DNA of 64,000 nucleotides from Batkoa obscura (Eukaryota): NCBI GenBank assembly GCA_030770535.1, contig JASVEC010000014.1, positions 248,001 to 312,000 of the forward strand, read 5' to 3'. Shown piece by piece: positions 36,701 to 51,485 of this stretch (position 1 is its first letter; each line of letters starts with the position of its first letter). The notes under the pieces were generated by a model. It saw only the letters and a program-made list of their open reading frames with translations, ran no database searches and was not told where the DNA came from. The position numbers and the translations under genes were made by a program.

Positions 36701-39659
36701 CACCTTGGATTTTTAAATTTACCATAATTAGCGACTGACATTTTAAACTATCTTGTTTAATCTCATTATATATAGAATCAAACTTAAGTAAGCTTTTAAC
36801 ACTTTTTGAGTATTTTCCTTCCATTTTATCATGTTTGCAAAAATTAGTACAGGATATTTTATACTGGATTAAGGCAAAAACTCTATCAGGGCAAAGCTTG
36901 GCTGCGTCACCACAACTACGTACATAATCAACGTTGATAACACCACTATTAGAAATTACTTGTGTTTTACTCAACTCATAAAGAAGATCTATCATTTGAT
37001 CGTATTTATTGAGACCAGTTAAACGCGGAATGAGCTTCTTACATAACGCTCCAATTTTTAAGATTTGATCTTTAGCTTCTAGTAAACTCAGAACTTTTAA
37101 TGTATCTTTTAACGCCATAAAAGTGCTATCTATATGATTTTCATATAGCTTACAATCACACGTTTTATGGTCTTTTATGTTACAGTCAAGATTGAACTTT
37201 CTGTAAAAACTTTCTATTTCTATTATCCCTTCATCTAGTACATTGAGGTTAATAAACCCCCTTTTATAAGCATAATTGAAACACAATAGATGGAATTTTC
37301 CCTTTAATTCTATTACCCAATCTTTAATATCTTTATCTTTTTTATAATCCTAAATAAATGTAAATAAATTATTGGTATTTTAAAATAACTTCATTACGAT
37401 GCTTACCTTAATATTCAAAAATGCTTCGAATTTTTTAGCCAATAAACCAAATCGACTGTCATCTGGTTTTGCTTCGATAAGTGAACAAACATAGTTGATC
37501 TTGGCAAACATGAATTTACCATATTCAAGGCATAGTAAATTCAGAAAGCTTCTTAGCATCAAAACAGGGTGATTACCATTATACGCTTTAAGTAAAATGG
37601 TAAGTAGATTATTTCTAACTTTACATATAGGCTCGCTATATTGAGATGAAATCAAATGAAGTTCATTTTCTATAAAATAACACATTTCTTCATTATTTAT
37701 AAACGCATCTGTATGGGCTAAACAAAATGATTCATAAACAACGTCAATATTGTATTTGGATTTAGTAAGGCTGTTCACCTCAATATATCTCTTAAAATAT
37801 TTATATTTCAATGGGTTGTCATTATTTTGGGTGATAAAAAATGCTGGTTTTACAACAATAGATGGGACTGATTTAAAATGCCTTGCAAAAACACCACGGA
37901 GTTCATCATACTCCTTACTATTATCATAACACTTAGCTAATAAAGAAAATATTTTTTGTAACTTATCGATACCAAGACTTTTAAGAGCATCTTTGGCACT
38001 AACTGAAATTTCAAAATACTTAGCTGCCGAAGTATAATGGTCTTTCCCTTTGGCAAAATACTCTCCACCCAGAGAGTAAGTTAACCGTGGCAAATGAAAC
38101 TGTGAACTTTGATCATTATAAATATGAAATACATGATTATATGTACTGAAAATATGATAAACTGCTTCTAACTCACTGAAAGCAAAATTACGTTTTTTAA
38201 ACATTTCACATAATGTTCCGAATGTTAAAACCATGGTTTGTTCTAAGCTTGGATCATATCCCATTTTAATTACTTTTGCTAAAATTATATTTAAAAATTG
38301 TAATACAGTCCCAACCCAAAATTTAATAGCTTCTGTACTAACACCCTTAATATCGTTAATTGCATTATACTTAAATACAACATCAATTAATACTCTAAAA
38401 TTATTACAAAAATTAACTACGTCTTCAGCCTGTATATTTTGTTCCACGAGCCCTTTTTGAAACTCATTGCTGAACTCGCTATATTCTACTAAATTTTTAG
38501 GATGAATCAATTCGCGTATTGAAATGATACGTAGTCCGTAATAAATTGTACTAAGATACCAATGCATATATCTACAATAAAAAGTCCGTTGAACCTCTTT
38601 CTTGATTTTTACTAAATAATTTTTATTAATGCAATTAAATTGAGCATTAAGATCACCAGAATTTGCCTCGAAACAGTGTACTAAATATCCAGTCCAATAC
38701 ACTACCATAGAGTTATTTACAGCTGATACTCGATATAATTTGTTTACTAGAGCCATCTTGTTGTAATTATAAAATTCGCTTATCACACTTAAATGTCTGC
38801 GCTCTTTTTTAATAAATAGGTTCCTTCCAATTACTTTTACTGCCTCCACATAAGATCCTTCAGGGGTATGATAGTTACTTTGCATATAGAAACTGAGGGC
38901 TAAATTGCTATAGTTCATACAATCTGAATCTATACCAACCATCCTGATCCTAGAATTCACAATTGATGTATATATTGAGTGAAACTTATCCATTAAATCT
39001 TTACCCTGTTGTTGCATATTATCAGAATTTATCAATTTTAAACAAAGCTGGTACGGGGTTCCCGAAGAATCAGTATTATACTCAGAAATACACTTTAGCT
39101 CATTCCATTGGTTTGCTTTTAACATACCTTCAAGAATACATGCTTGGATCTGTATAGCACATAATACAAGGTTAGGATCAGTTTTATCATCAACGTCAAA
39201 ATAGAAAGGGTAGCTATTGGCTCTACGTTTTGCTCTTTTTATAGGAGAAATTGAAGATCCTGATATATGAATCCATTTTTGAAAATTTTCATATTCTGAT
39301 CTTATTTCATCTAAAGCGAGTTCTGCTTGTCCAGCACAAATCCAAAATGCGAATAGCTTTATATAAACCTGTAGTAGTATATAGTGATTGGTAGAAATAT
39401 GTAAGCAAAGAGATTCAACAAAACGATGTAAAAAATTTGTAAGAATATCTTTATTAGCTTTACTCATATTAGACCTTTGTATTTCTATTACTTCATTAGA
39501 TACGATTTGTGGAATTTCTTGGACTGAAGTTGAATTAATGTTATTATTGAAATTAAATTGTATATTTTCAAGGGTTTTTAAGTCCCCGCTGATGGCCCCA
39601 ATATATGATTGAAGCCTTTTGAGTATTAATTCTACCTTTTCTTTAAATAATAGTAACAT
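33772..39659 (-). CDS. ESP1: Separase (peptidase C50), about 7 exons
   Basis: WWFKRENLDVKL, HLILILDK..LPWESLPSLR..SVSRLP, catalytic His in YIGHGS and Cys in LIFGCSSG, GNLWDVTDKDID, LIGAAPILYGIP; long helical N-terminus. Exact start uncertain. Confidence 0.93.
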
Positions 39660-42004
39660 AATGAAGCCTTCATTTTCAAAAAAATTGCTTTTATAGCCAA
39701 ATTTTCATACAGCCGAAATGAAAAGTAGATTAAAGTGATTGGATTAAAAGTAATGAAATATTGATTTGACCAATTATAGTTCAATTTTTAATGTTTTTTA
39801 CATTCAAAGAAATTTGATTCTGTAGCTGAGGATTAAACACAAACCCACATTAATTACGTTTGTTTTCATCCTTTTTATCCCTATTTCCTTAGCCAATCAA
39901 TTTACTTTTTATTTAATCAAATGTACTATTTCATTTGCTGTTGTTTTTATTAATCTGAGTTTATAAATTAATTTTAGAGTTAAAAGTAGCTACGTTATCT
40001 TTGATTAAAGACTTTGTTTCCTTTTATACCTTTGTTTTATATTTAAATAAATACCATATCTTTTAGTTCTTATTTTAGTAAAGATTTGATAAGATCTATC
40101 AATCTATAAATAAAAGTTTATGTCATAGTTTTATTTAAATAATAGGTTAGTCAAATCCAGGTTTATTCATTTGATATCTTGTATAAGTTTAGGGATCTAT
40201 TTAATGGCTTGGGGATAATATTCACAGAGGAATTTTTAAACCAAGTATATTTACTATATTATGGTTTTTAAGCATCAAGTCAAGGCTTTAAGTGTATTGA
40301 AATCATTGTTATTATAAAAAATACTTTGTACATTATACATTAATATATAGTTATGTTAAAAACAGTGGTCATCAAATATTAAACTATCCATAATAATATA
40401 ACGTTACCCTAGACAATTTTTTATCTTGATTTGGCACTTATTATAATTCAAGCTATAATAAATAAGCAAACCACAAACCGATGATATCGTTAAATCAAAT
40501 GTTTGATTTTAAAATGTATTTAAGTACCATAAAAGTTCAGCTAAATATTATGACTAGGTATGTCTGAGTTATGAAAGGTAGTTTATTGAATGAAATCAAT
40601 AAAGATGAGTATAATTAGTATATCATTATATAATATTTTTAATTTATTTTAATAAAGCATAGTAATAATAAAAGTAAGCACTAAAAATTTTGAGTTACAA
40701 CACTTAATATTAGAAATATTAATTTATAAACAATATGCTATAGATTTGAGTTTAATAGAAAGAGGAATAATTATATCTATAATAAATTAAATTATTAAAT
40801 CTTTTTATTCATATTTTGTTTCATATTTGAAGTATAATAATATCATCCAAATAAAGTAACAAATTGTAATTTCATATTAGATCTTATAGGTCGGTAATGT
40901 ATTTACATCAATTTTCCACCCAGTTATTAAAATAATTGTTATTCTACTGAGTTTTATGAAATGCAATTTACTAAATTTAGAAATCTTGTAAAACTAAGGT
41001 TGATTTTACGTTTTTTGATAAAGATGTATTTTTTGTACAAAAATTTAATAAAAAAATTTGATACTTCAAATATTTTATGTAAACTTAATTGGTAATTCCA
41101 AGCTCAAAACCTAGTGCTATCACGTTTCGTTTTATTTTTCTTAGCTCTTAATGTTTAATACTTTAAAATCTCTATCTATTTTTAAAAGTAAAAACAAACA
41201 CAAACTGATTTTTAAAAACTAAAAAGAATACACAATATTTTAAAAATTAAAAAATTTCAAAAGCTAATAACTCTTAAATAGAATAAAATTATACCTCTAG
41301 TTATAAAATTAAAGTAATTAGGATATATCAATATGGATTATATTAAATTCAAATATTATTTCCACTTACTAATTTATGCCAGTTAATCCAAATAAAATAA
41401 AGCCAAGAAAATAAAAAAATTAAATGTTATTTTTATATAGCCTTATAGATGAAAATAAGTGCACTGGAACTTAAAATTGTAGAAAAGCCATAAATATAAA
41501 AAACTGTCAAATGGGAATAGTAAAAATATAAAGTTATTGTTAAGTTAGAGATTTTTTAAAAGTATAAAAATGTATAGAGTATAAACAATACACTTTTTAA
41601 AAATTCTTTATCAAAGAAAAACAAAGATATAAATAATCTACAACATTATATCCTAAAACCTCTTATTTAAAAAAACATGACTTGTAGCTCTAAAGATCTA
41701 TTAAAATAGGTATGACAATGTATATCAGGTAAATGAAATAATATAAGTGGTGGAAGATTCGATCAAGCTTCAGTAATATTTTATAAGAGTAAATTTTTTT
41801 CATTAATTAAACTAAGTTTTTCAGCCGCTTACACACGCCATTCTCCAGACATGCGTCATCCACCAATTATGCTATAAATAGGTGGCTACATTTTATATTC
41901 ACAATTTAACCTTAAAAATGTAAACAAAATACAAAGATTTTTGTAACTATGGTTTTTTTGATAAAGAATTTTGGATAAAGGTACCCAATTGCAATACTAC
42001 AATA

Positions 42005-42108
42005 TGAGGGAGGACATTTTTTTGGCTTCATCACTTTTTCCATCTTTTAGGCACTATCTGAGCGAAAAAATTGTTAATAAAATTCTTAAACACAAAAATA
42101 CATCCCCA
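42005..42108 (-). mobile_element. MITE-like element, copy 5
   Basis: TA|TGAGGG..TTTTTTTGGCTTCATCACTTTTTCCATCTTTT...CTTAAACACAAAAATACATCCCCA|TA. Confidence 0.82.
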
Positions 42109-43383
42109 TATATTAACACTATTCCTTGTTTTTAATCATAAAAAACAGTTGCTGTTGTGCCCAAAAAATGGTTTTCTTTTTAATCAAAAAGTATGACTAT
42201 TTGTGAAAGACCCTCATAATAACGGATAAAGGACATTATAATATCAATAATAAAACATCAACTAATTAGTGTTCAAAAACATTAAATACATAAAGCTATA
42301 AATATCTTTTTTATAAAGCAACTTAATTATTCGAAAATCTTTAATCACTTTGAACTTAACGTTAAACTACCTTAAATAAAATTGCAGATTGTTTAGAATT
42401 GGGATCACTTTTTTTTAAACATGGCATTTTAAATGAAACAACTCAAATCATTTGTAAAAAACGTGAGTTTGAAGTTTTGGCCCCTTAGAATATTAACAAA
42501 AAAATGAGTTAACTTGACTCAGCAGTAAACGTTATAGTAACTTGACTCAAATTATGTTATCTCATTAGACTTAACAAAATAAAATAATAAATCAGCGGTC
42601 AAATTTTTACTATTTAATTCTTTAGTTAAATTGTTTATTTAAAATTATTTGTATTCTAGAAGTTAAATATAATAATTACATAAAATTAATAAAGGCTAAA
42701 ACTTATTTTTATAAGATGATCTAATTTGACAAAAAAAGCCGCGCACTAATTTATTAGAATCCAAAATTATTAGCCAGAAATTCAAAACTATTAAGCTAAT
42801 TTGAATAGTGGCGAAGGATTAGATAATTTAATAGTGATTTTAAGCTATCAAGCACAGGTATCTAACTATTTTTATTATAAAAAACAAACTTTAAAATGAT
42901 TTCTTATTTATCCTAAACTCAGTTGATTAAATTGGATTTCTCCGGTCAGGTGTTAATGTGAATTTTTAGGATTTAGTTAGGTGAAACAATAGAACTTAAT
43001 TGATTAATTTATTTATAAAATTCAAGTTATAGAATTTAATTGGCTGATTTTTAGCTTAAAACCCTCAATGAACAAATATGATTGGTTTATTAAAGTTCAT
43101 ACTATTGATTAAAAAAAGCTTAGGGTATTGCATTAATTGCATAATTCTAGTGTAACTCCCCAGTACAAAGTCGATCTTTTTATTTCAATTCCCCAACTTT
43201 CAACACCTTTCAAATTCATTTATTAATCCAATTCAGCTAACGTTGCGTTCTAGTGTATATAGTATATTCCATCTTATTGTTTTAACTCAACACTTTTTGA
43301 TCAATTTGTCCCTTTTTATTTATAGTTATTCATTTGTTATTTTATATTTATTTTAATAGAAGTTATTCCCATTCTATTTTACC

Positions 43384-44538
43384 ATGTCAATAAATTTAAC
43401 TAGTTTTATAACACTGATGTTCGTAAGTAATTGCCATTCTAAACCATTGATTGATAATAGTCCAGAACATGTACTCCCATTAGTTATATTATTCAGCTTT
43501 TTGGGTCTGGTTACCCTATTAGTATTATATGTATTAATACGATTGGTATTAAGTCTCAATTTATTTTTTAATGTGAATGATCCAAGAAACTTTGAAGGTT
43601 GGACTGAAGAATCAATACAAAGTTATGAGTTAGCACGTGCATTTGAACAAGCTCATCCACCCAACTCAATACCTACGGACATTACACCCGAGCTTCGTCA
43701 ACTTATACAAGAAAAAGGGGTATTTGCTTGGCATTTTGGGGGAGATTTAGATTTAAATGTGATTGTTAATGATAGAACCGAGTTAACTTTTTTGGGTGGT
43801 GATAATTGTATACAAACCAATATACCTATACCAAAACAACAACCTATTTATTATTTTGAAGTTAAAATGTTTGAAATGTCAAATACTACTAAAGTAGCCG
43901 TTGGTTTAGCTACCAAACCATATCCTTCTTGGAGATTTCCTGGTAAGTTTTTATTCATTTTTTATATTGTTGAATCCATTTATTAATAATTAATAGGTAT
44001 GAATAAAAATTCATTGGGGTACTTTTCAAATGATGGACGTAAAAGATATAATGATCCGTTCTCAGGGCAAGAATTTGGACCTACTTATTGTGAAGGAGAT
44101 GTGATTGGATGTGGTTATCGTCCACGCTCAGGTACTGTATTTTTTACCAAAAATGGTGTTAAAATAGGAGATTCTCAAAGCGGATTCCGATATAATTTAT
44201 TTCCAACCATTTCAGCGGATGGACCATGTCAATTACATGTTAATTTAGGACAAATGGGCTTTGTATTTATTGAAGCTAATGTAGGTAAATGGGGTTTAGC
44301 GCCATGTGAAGGTTCTTTATTACCACCACCTGCTTATGGACAAGTTCGAGATTCTATATTATTAGAATGTGCTTTGGAAAATCAAAATTTAGAATCTAGT
44401 TCCCATAAACCACCTTCCTATTTAAATTTCAATCAAAATGTACCAGAATTGAGATTGAATGTGAATTCACCACCACCTTCTTACCTTGAGCCTAATGAAG
44501 ATTTACCACTTTTAGCGGATTATGATTCGGATGAATAG
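43384..44538 (+). CDS. SSH4: Ssh4/Ear1-like SPRY-domain Rsp5 adaptor (2 exons)
   Basis: N-terminal TM, QTNIPIPKQQPIYYFEVKM, VGLATKPYPSWRFPG|MNKNS, GDVIGCGYRPRSGTVFFTKNG, GFVFIEANVGKWGLAP, PY motifs PPAY and PPSY (twice). Confidence 0.92.
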
Positions 44539-45028
44539 TATAGATTAGAAATAGTAAAAAAAAGTTAGTTATATATAATTATAAAATTCCTTTTTAAAAT
44601 ATTTAATACTTGAATTCAAATCAATACTATTTTTGTAAGATTAGTGATGTTTATTTAGTTATTAAATTTTATTAAGATATAATAAAGTACAAACTATGCC
44701 TTTTGTTAATTAAATATTTACTATTGAATTTTCATTTGAATTTTTGTATTATTTTTTTTAATCTTTTCTTTTAAAGCAATTTCATTTTTATTAAATTTTG
44801 TTTTAAAGTCTAAAATTAAGCCTAATTTTAGTTTTAAATTAACCTTATTCTTAAATTTTAAAATAATGATTTAATTTTTAAATTTTAAAGTTAATTTATT
44901 TCTAATTTACTAAATATAAAATGAAAATATAAAAATATAAAATAAAAATATAAAATAAAAATAAATTAATTTATAATTCCAATCTACAAATTCCATATTT
45001 TTAATCCTTTTATAGAACAAATTATCCA

Positions 45029-46544
45029 TTACACTGTCACTTTTTTTATAGAACAAAATAAAGTATGAATAATACCATTATCTAAAGCAATAACAACATT
45101 TGGTCCTTCACTTTTATCATACCTTATTTCTTCTAAATTGTCCTCATTTATATTCTTTCTTTTTAACCCATTTTCATTTTCATTTTCATTATTAAATTTA
45201 TACTGTAATAATTCTAATTGAATATTTTTACTTGACTGATAGCTCAATAAATTCCCAACAACACAATCAATAATCCTTGTATTAAAATCGATAGAATGAA
45301 TACATTGTTTTTCATAATAAAAATTTAGTGATTGAGATTGAGATTGAATAATTAATAATGAAGCTTGATTATAATTTAATAAATGAGGTCGATAAGCAAC
45401 TATTTTAACTATATCTAGTTTTGTTTTCATATAAAGTTGTGGCTATTAATTTTATTATATTAATTAGAATGATTCAATACAATTTTTCTTAAAATAAAAC
45501 AAAAACTTACTTTTCGATAGGAATCTAAATAGTAAATATCTCCTAATGAACTTGCAAATAAGCTGATGGGTTCAGACCTAGTTTCATTAATTACACCAAA
45601 ATAAGATGTACATACCTATACAAAACAAAGAATTACTTTAATTCAACAAAATAACACTATTTATAATAAATTACCCAAGTTATTGATTTTGCAAACTTAA
45701 TTTCAAATATAAATACATTTTTACAATAAAAATAAACTACATTTGTATTATTTATTATACAATGATAATTTATAATTAATCCAAATTCATTTTTTAAACT
45801 AATTTGATAAATTTGTTGAATTTGATTACTATTTTCTTTTATTATTGTGTTTTCTTTTATTTAAATATTAAAACAATTAATATACTAATATATAAAATTA
45901 AGTCATATTACCTTGTTTATATTCATCTAAAATATTTCTTTGATCAAAAATAGGTTGTCTCCATAATCTTGAATTTTGACTATAACTACTAAATTTACCC
46001 AAAATACTACCTGTTAATAAACAAGTAGAAGATCCTAATAAAACAAGTTCAAATTTACCATTTCATAAAAGATAATAAAAACAAATAATAAGCCTACCAT
46101 AATTATCATTATCGAAATACAACGATAAAATATTTTCATTAGATTGATGTTTAGCTATAATTTCTAAATTCGAATAAATGATCACTTCTCCTTGATTATC
46201 TGAACAAGCTAAATCTTGTAACTTTTTTCCTTTGGAAAAATAACCAGTAGTTAAACAAGTGATAGGTCGACTATTTTGTGTTAATATAGTATAAATCTAT
46301 TAGAGTCAATAATTAATAAATCATCATACTATTTTATATCAAGTCTTTGATAAACAAATAGATATATTAATATAGAACTTACTTCATCCTCTTTGATTAA
46401 ATAAATTTTACCACTGGAAGTAGCTACAGCTAAATATGATTGAAATTGATTATTTGAATAAGTGTAATTTCCTATACTTAAGCTAGTTATATTGCCTTCT
46501 TTTACAAGTTCAATTTCTCTTTCTTTTAAGATTTCAAGTTCCAT
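45029..46544 (-). CDS. Uncharacterised beta-propeller protein with FG-GAP/ITFG2-like blades; multi-exon, 3' end unresolved (possible last exon ending at 44710)
   Basis: Repeating blade pattern: ITSLSIGN..YLAVATSSGKIY, ITCLTTGY..DLACSDNQGEVI, ILSLYFD..LLTGSILGK, LFASSLGDIY, IIDCVVGN..VVIALDNGII. GT-AG introns join the exons. Confidence 0.55.
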
Positions 46545-46665
46545 CTTTTATTTATTGAGTTTTTGAAAATCTACAAAATAAAAAAATGAGAAATGCAAAA
46601 TGAAAGTCAGAAAAAAAAATCAATTTCATTTCTCTCTCTTCTTTTAAAAAAACAATTCATACAAA

Positions 46666-47291
46666 ATGAATAATAAATCACAACAAAATAATATATTAGA
46701 AAAGGATTTGGAATTAGAAAAGAGAGCAAGAGATGTTATTGATATTGAAAAAGTAAGTGATACTTTTTTATAATTAAAATATAATATTAAGTTATTTTAT
46801 TAATAAAATATTATAGCAAATATTAAATTTAATGAATTTAATGATTAAAATGTTAGCTTCTATACCCACTGATTTAGATATCAAAGAAGAATTATGGGAT
46901 GAACATGATGAAACAATTGTTGAAAAATTATTAAAAAACATTGATGATTTTGGCAACTTAGTTGAAGTAAGTATTAATATTATTTAACTAAATAATAAAT
47001 AATAAATAATAAATAATAAATAATAAATAATAAATAATAAATAATAAATAATAAATAATAAATAATAATTAATAAATAATAATTAACAATTATTAGTCTT
47101 TATCGTCTCAATTAAGAGAACATTTTACATTTTTTCATAAAAATGGTATAAGAGATCGAGCCTTACCAATTAATGTTGCTCGTAGTATTAAATTATTAGA
47201 TAATTTATTAATGAATCGAATGATTGATTATTTAGAACAAGATATATCCTGTCAATCAATTAATGAACAATTATCTTTTAAAAGGTATTAA
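46666..47291 (+). CDS. Small helical protein, possibly Mediator subunit Med11 (3 exons, about 140 aa)
   Basis: RARDVIDIEK|QILNLM..MLASI..IDDFGNLVE|SLSSQLREHF matches the Med11 size and helical pattern as recalled. Not verified by search. Confidence 0.5.
46989..47068. repeat. (TAAATAA)n heptamer microsatellite in an intron
   Basis: About 11 tandem units read directly from the sequence. Confidence 0.9.
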
Positions 47292-47587
47292 TCTTTATTG
47301 AAAAATAAAAGTAAATATTATTATTTATTTGTTTATTATTATAAGGATTTAGTTATTATATATAAAATAAAATAATATAATATAATATATATAAAGATTT
47401 CATACAAAAAATATCAAATTCTATAATGTTGTATTTATTAAAAATCAACTATCTAATAAAAATAGTAAGATAAAAGAATAGATAGAGAATAATAAGTTGA
47501 ATTCAATTTTAATGAAGTTTTAAATTTTAAATTTTAAAAGATAATAGATAAATTAAAGTTTATCTAAAACAAACATTTATAAATTTC

Positions 47588-50319
47588 TTATGAATTTATA
47601 ACTTTGTTTAAAAATTCTAAGTCATTTAATTCTTCTGATAATTTGTCAATTGTAATTATTTCATTCAATTGAACTTCTTCATTTTGTATATTTTCTATTT
47701 CTTCTATATTTTTAATATTAACTATTGTCTGTTGATTGTCCATTAAATCTAACATCTCATTGGATACTTCCTTTTTTTTATGTAATGGTTGCATCATAGC
47801 TAACATAAATTCGGATGCCAATTGAGATACAGGTGGTGCTAAATGACCTGGCAACATTAAACTGCGATTGAATTCATTACTTAATTTATGAGTATTTTCA
47901 TTAATAGAATTCATATTAAGTTTATTATTGGAAGTTTTATTATTACTTTGTAACTTAATTGATACACTAGACCAATCATCAATGTCTATAATAGCTGAAT
48001 TATTATCTTGAATATTAATTGAAGATATATTATTATTATTGTCTTTAATTGATTTTTCTGCTTTACAAAATAATTTGTCTTCTGAAATAATGATCATATC
48101 TTCTATTTCATTTAAATTGTTATTATTATTATTAAATTGATTAACATTAATAATATTCATTGGCAAAAATGGAAGTGAAGTAGCATAAATTGGAGTTGGA
48201 GAAATTGGATTAAATGTTAATAGAAGATCTTGAGCAAATATAGTAAATGTTTTTGAATTCAAATGTAAATTTAATATTAAATTGGATGGAGAAATAGCTA
48301 AATTCCACCAAATTTCACCAGATATTAAATTAAATACTACTAAAGAATATTGTCCAATTGTAACTAAAAATGGTGTATTAGGTATAAACATAGACTTATA
48401 TAATATTCCAGCTGATGGACAAGCTATATATTGTTGTAATGTCATTGTGATTGGATCCCACAGCGCTATTTTATCTTCGTAAGTAACACTTAAGATTGAA
48501 CCATCACTACTGAAATTTAAATAATTGGGATTACAATTATTTCTATAAGATTGTTGATTACAATTCCAATTATAATGAATGATATCATTTTCTATTTTTG
48601 TATAATTCCATAATTTTAAAGAACCATCCAATGAAATGGAAGCTAATGTATGTTTATAAAAACACATAGATTTAATAGCTTGTTGATGTGGATTACGTAT
48701 TTCACTTATTAATAAATATTTTAATTGTTTTCTATCCCATTGCCAAAATTGTAAAAATGATTCCATATTAATTGACGTTAATGTATCAAATTTAGTAAAC
48801 GTAGCCATCCATTCTCCATCTTCAGTAAACTGAACTTGAGTAATGATTGGTTTACTCAAATCATCTTTGATTCTATTTAATGATAATGTACTAATACTTC
48901 CTATTACTCTTTTTATATTTAAATCATAAAAATCAATATTTCCTTCATGTCCTGGTAGTACTAAATTATTTCGATTAGGTTCTATTACAACTGAGAAATC
49001 ATTGTTATATTGAATAGGTCCTGACCAAGTATGTTTTAATTGAAATGTAGTTGGGTCAATTAAGGATACTGCTCCATCGAAATATCGAATAGCATAATAA
49101 GATTGATCTTGAGAACAACAAATATATTTAATATTATCTCTTAATCTTGGCACATACATTCTTTCTTTATTACTAAGTGTCCAATTAACTAATACTGCTT
49201 CATTACCACCTGATAATAAAGATAATCCATCCGCTGTATAACATATAGCATTAGCACCTAAACTATGCCAATGCATTACATTACATGGTCCACTAATTTT
49301 ATAAAAATTCTTCTCTGATTTTAACTCTGATTGATAAATAATACCTTTCATTGCAATAATCGAAATTAAAGGTTTAATTGGATGAAAAGCAATATTCGTA
49401 GGTACTTGTTCTTCATTACGAATAAAATTAAAGAAATCTAATTTATTACTAATTGATATTACTTCAAAATTAATCAAATCTAATAAATAAACATCCATAT
49501 CTAATTTTTTACTTATATTTGGATTATTGTAAACAGTAGCTCCTAAACTTGGTATTGTTGAATGTAATTCAATATTATTAATATATTTATTAAGTTGAAT
49601 GGAACCTAATAAATTTAACTCAATATCTTGGAGTGAATCATATAGCATATGTTCTTGGATTTCTTTGTTCATTGAATTTTTTTTGTTTTGTTGAACTCCT
49701 TTACCAAATTCGATTACTAACAACTCGTTATATGTTTCTCTTTTTATTAATATATAAATTTTATTTGGTGAAGCTGCTGTTGATTTTACATTTAAAATAT
49801 CACAATTTAAATTCCATTCTAAAGTATACGATTTATTACTTAGATCACGAATATGTATTCTACCATCTGAACAAGCAATAAATACCTATTTATGTTAAAA
49901 AAATAGAAATTAATATTTTAAAAAATAAAAATAAACAATAATACCTGTTTAGGATTGTGATAAAGTGGACCAGCAGCAATAACTTTAACATCAGCTGGTA
50001 ATTTAAAAATACTAGTTTTTAATTTTGATTGTACATTAAAAACTTCTACTCGATTTTTTTCCGGTATACATAACATTTTATTATTTAAAGTAAAAAATGG
50101 TCTTAATTCATTTTCCATGATATGATCATCCAAATTGAATACATTAAAGCTAGGACAGTTTAAATCTTGTAATTTTAATTCCTGAACTTCACTTGAATCC
50201 AATTTATTTCCAGTTCCATTCATCTTACTACCCTTTTTTTCCAATATTGGCTTGGAGTTACTCAAATTGCTCCCTTTATTCCGATGAACTTGATTGTTAT
50301 TGATACTCTTGACTTTCAT
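47588..50319 (-). CDS. UTP17: U3 snoRNP t-UTP subunit Utp17/Nan1/WDR75 (2 exons)
   Basis: Diagnostic MHWHSLGANAICYTADGLSLLSGGNEAVLVNW..YVPRL, DGEWMATF..LQFWQW..IRNPH, FSSDGSILSV. Confidence 0.88.
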
Positions 50320-51485
50320 ATTGATTCTATAAGATGGACCAAATGGAAGGGTTAATTTATAAAAGTCTTATAAGATGGAATCAACTATTATGGGAATTAG
50401 ATTGAAATCAAAAATCAATTCTATCTCAATTCTAAAATTTTATTTTGCATCAAACTATTTTAAATTGAAGCTAACTTTCCAACTATTGCAACTCTTTTGC
50501 GAAATTTTTAGTTGTTCATTTGGTAGTTAAATTCTCATTAAATTTTGGATAAAATAGGAATAAGTATCTAAAAATCCATTAGATAAATAGCTTAACTGTC
50601 AAAATTTTCACTAATCAGTTTAAAAAGAGATACAATAATTGCGTTATGATTTTACAACTTAGTCCTTTGGGATTATAATCAATGAGTATACATAACTTAT
50701 TTTTTTCATTTAATCAAAATATGGTTCAATTCCACTTTATTGTAATCAACTTTAATGTTCAAAGGGTTTGTTTATAAAATCTGGTAAGTTTTTGAAATTT
50801 TTAATAAATTCTTTAACAGTTTTCTATTTCAAATTAGACTTCTCTATAAACTTAATAAATGTTTTGATTGGATTTAATGAAACAATAGAAAGTTAATATA
50901 GTTGTCCATTATAAATTTAAAAGATAATAAGAAATTTTATTGTATAATGTTTGTTAGTAGGTATTACATAATAATTTAAATAATGGCACTTTTTTTAAAA
51001 CCTTAAATTTTCATTACATTAGAATGACTATTACTTATTCTAGATTCATTATTTGATTATGAACTCAAAGTTAGCTAAATTATTAGATTCGTGATAGAAA
51101 TGATTATTTGAATGTAAAAATTGTTAGTTTGTAATTTTTTATTTAAATTATAAAATAATTCAAATTTTTATAGTTAGTTTAAGCCAAGACAATTTTGCTA
51201 AAAATACTTCCTAGCTAAAAATAACTATTGTCACAATTAAGCTTAGAATGAGAATTTCAAGCAATTCAAAAGAAGCTTTAATTACTAAATTTAGAAACTT
51301 AAAGTTGGGGTGAATTCTCAATTGTTAACCAATAAAGTTACATGTAATGATTAGAATATCAAAATAGAACTTGTTTAGTCATCTTTAATTATTTTTTATA
51401 AGTTAATTAAACTAGTGAGTAAAATTAAGTATCTTTATAATGACATTAGTATTTATAACATTAAGTAGATAATAATTTACGAACT

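Noticed and set aside
42505..42550. TGACTCA (Gcn4/AP-1) sites here and near 7113, 59935 and 62609
   Set aside because: A handful are expected by chance in 64 kb of this composition, and there is no independent support.
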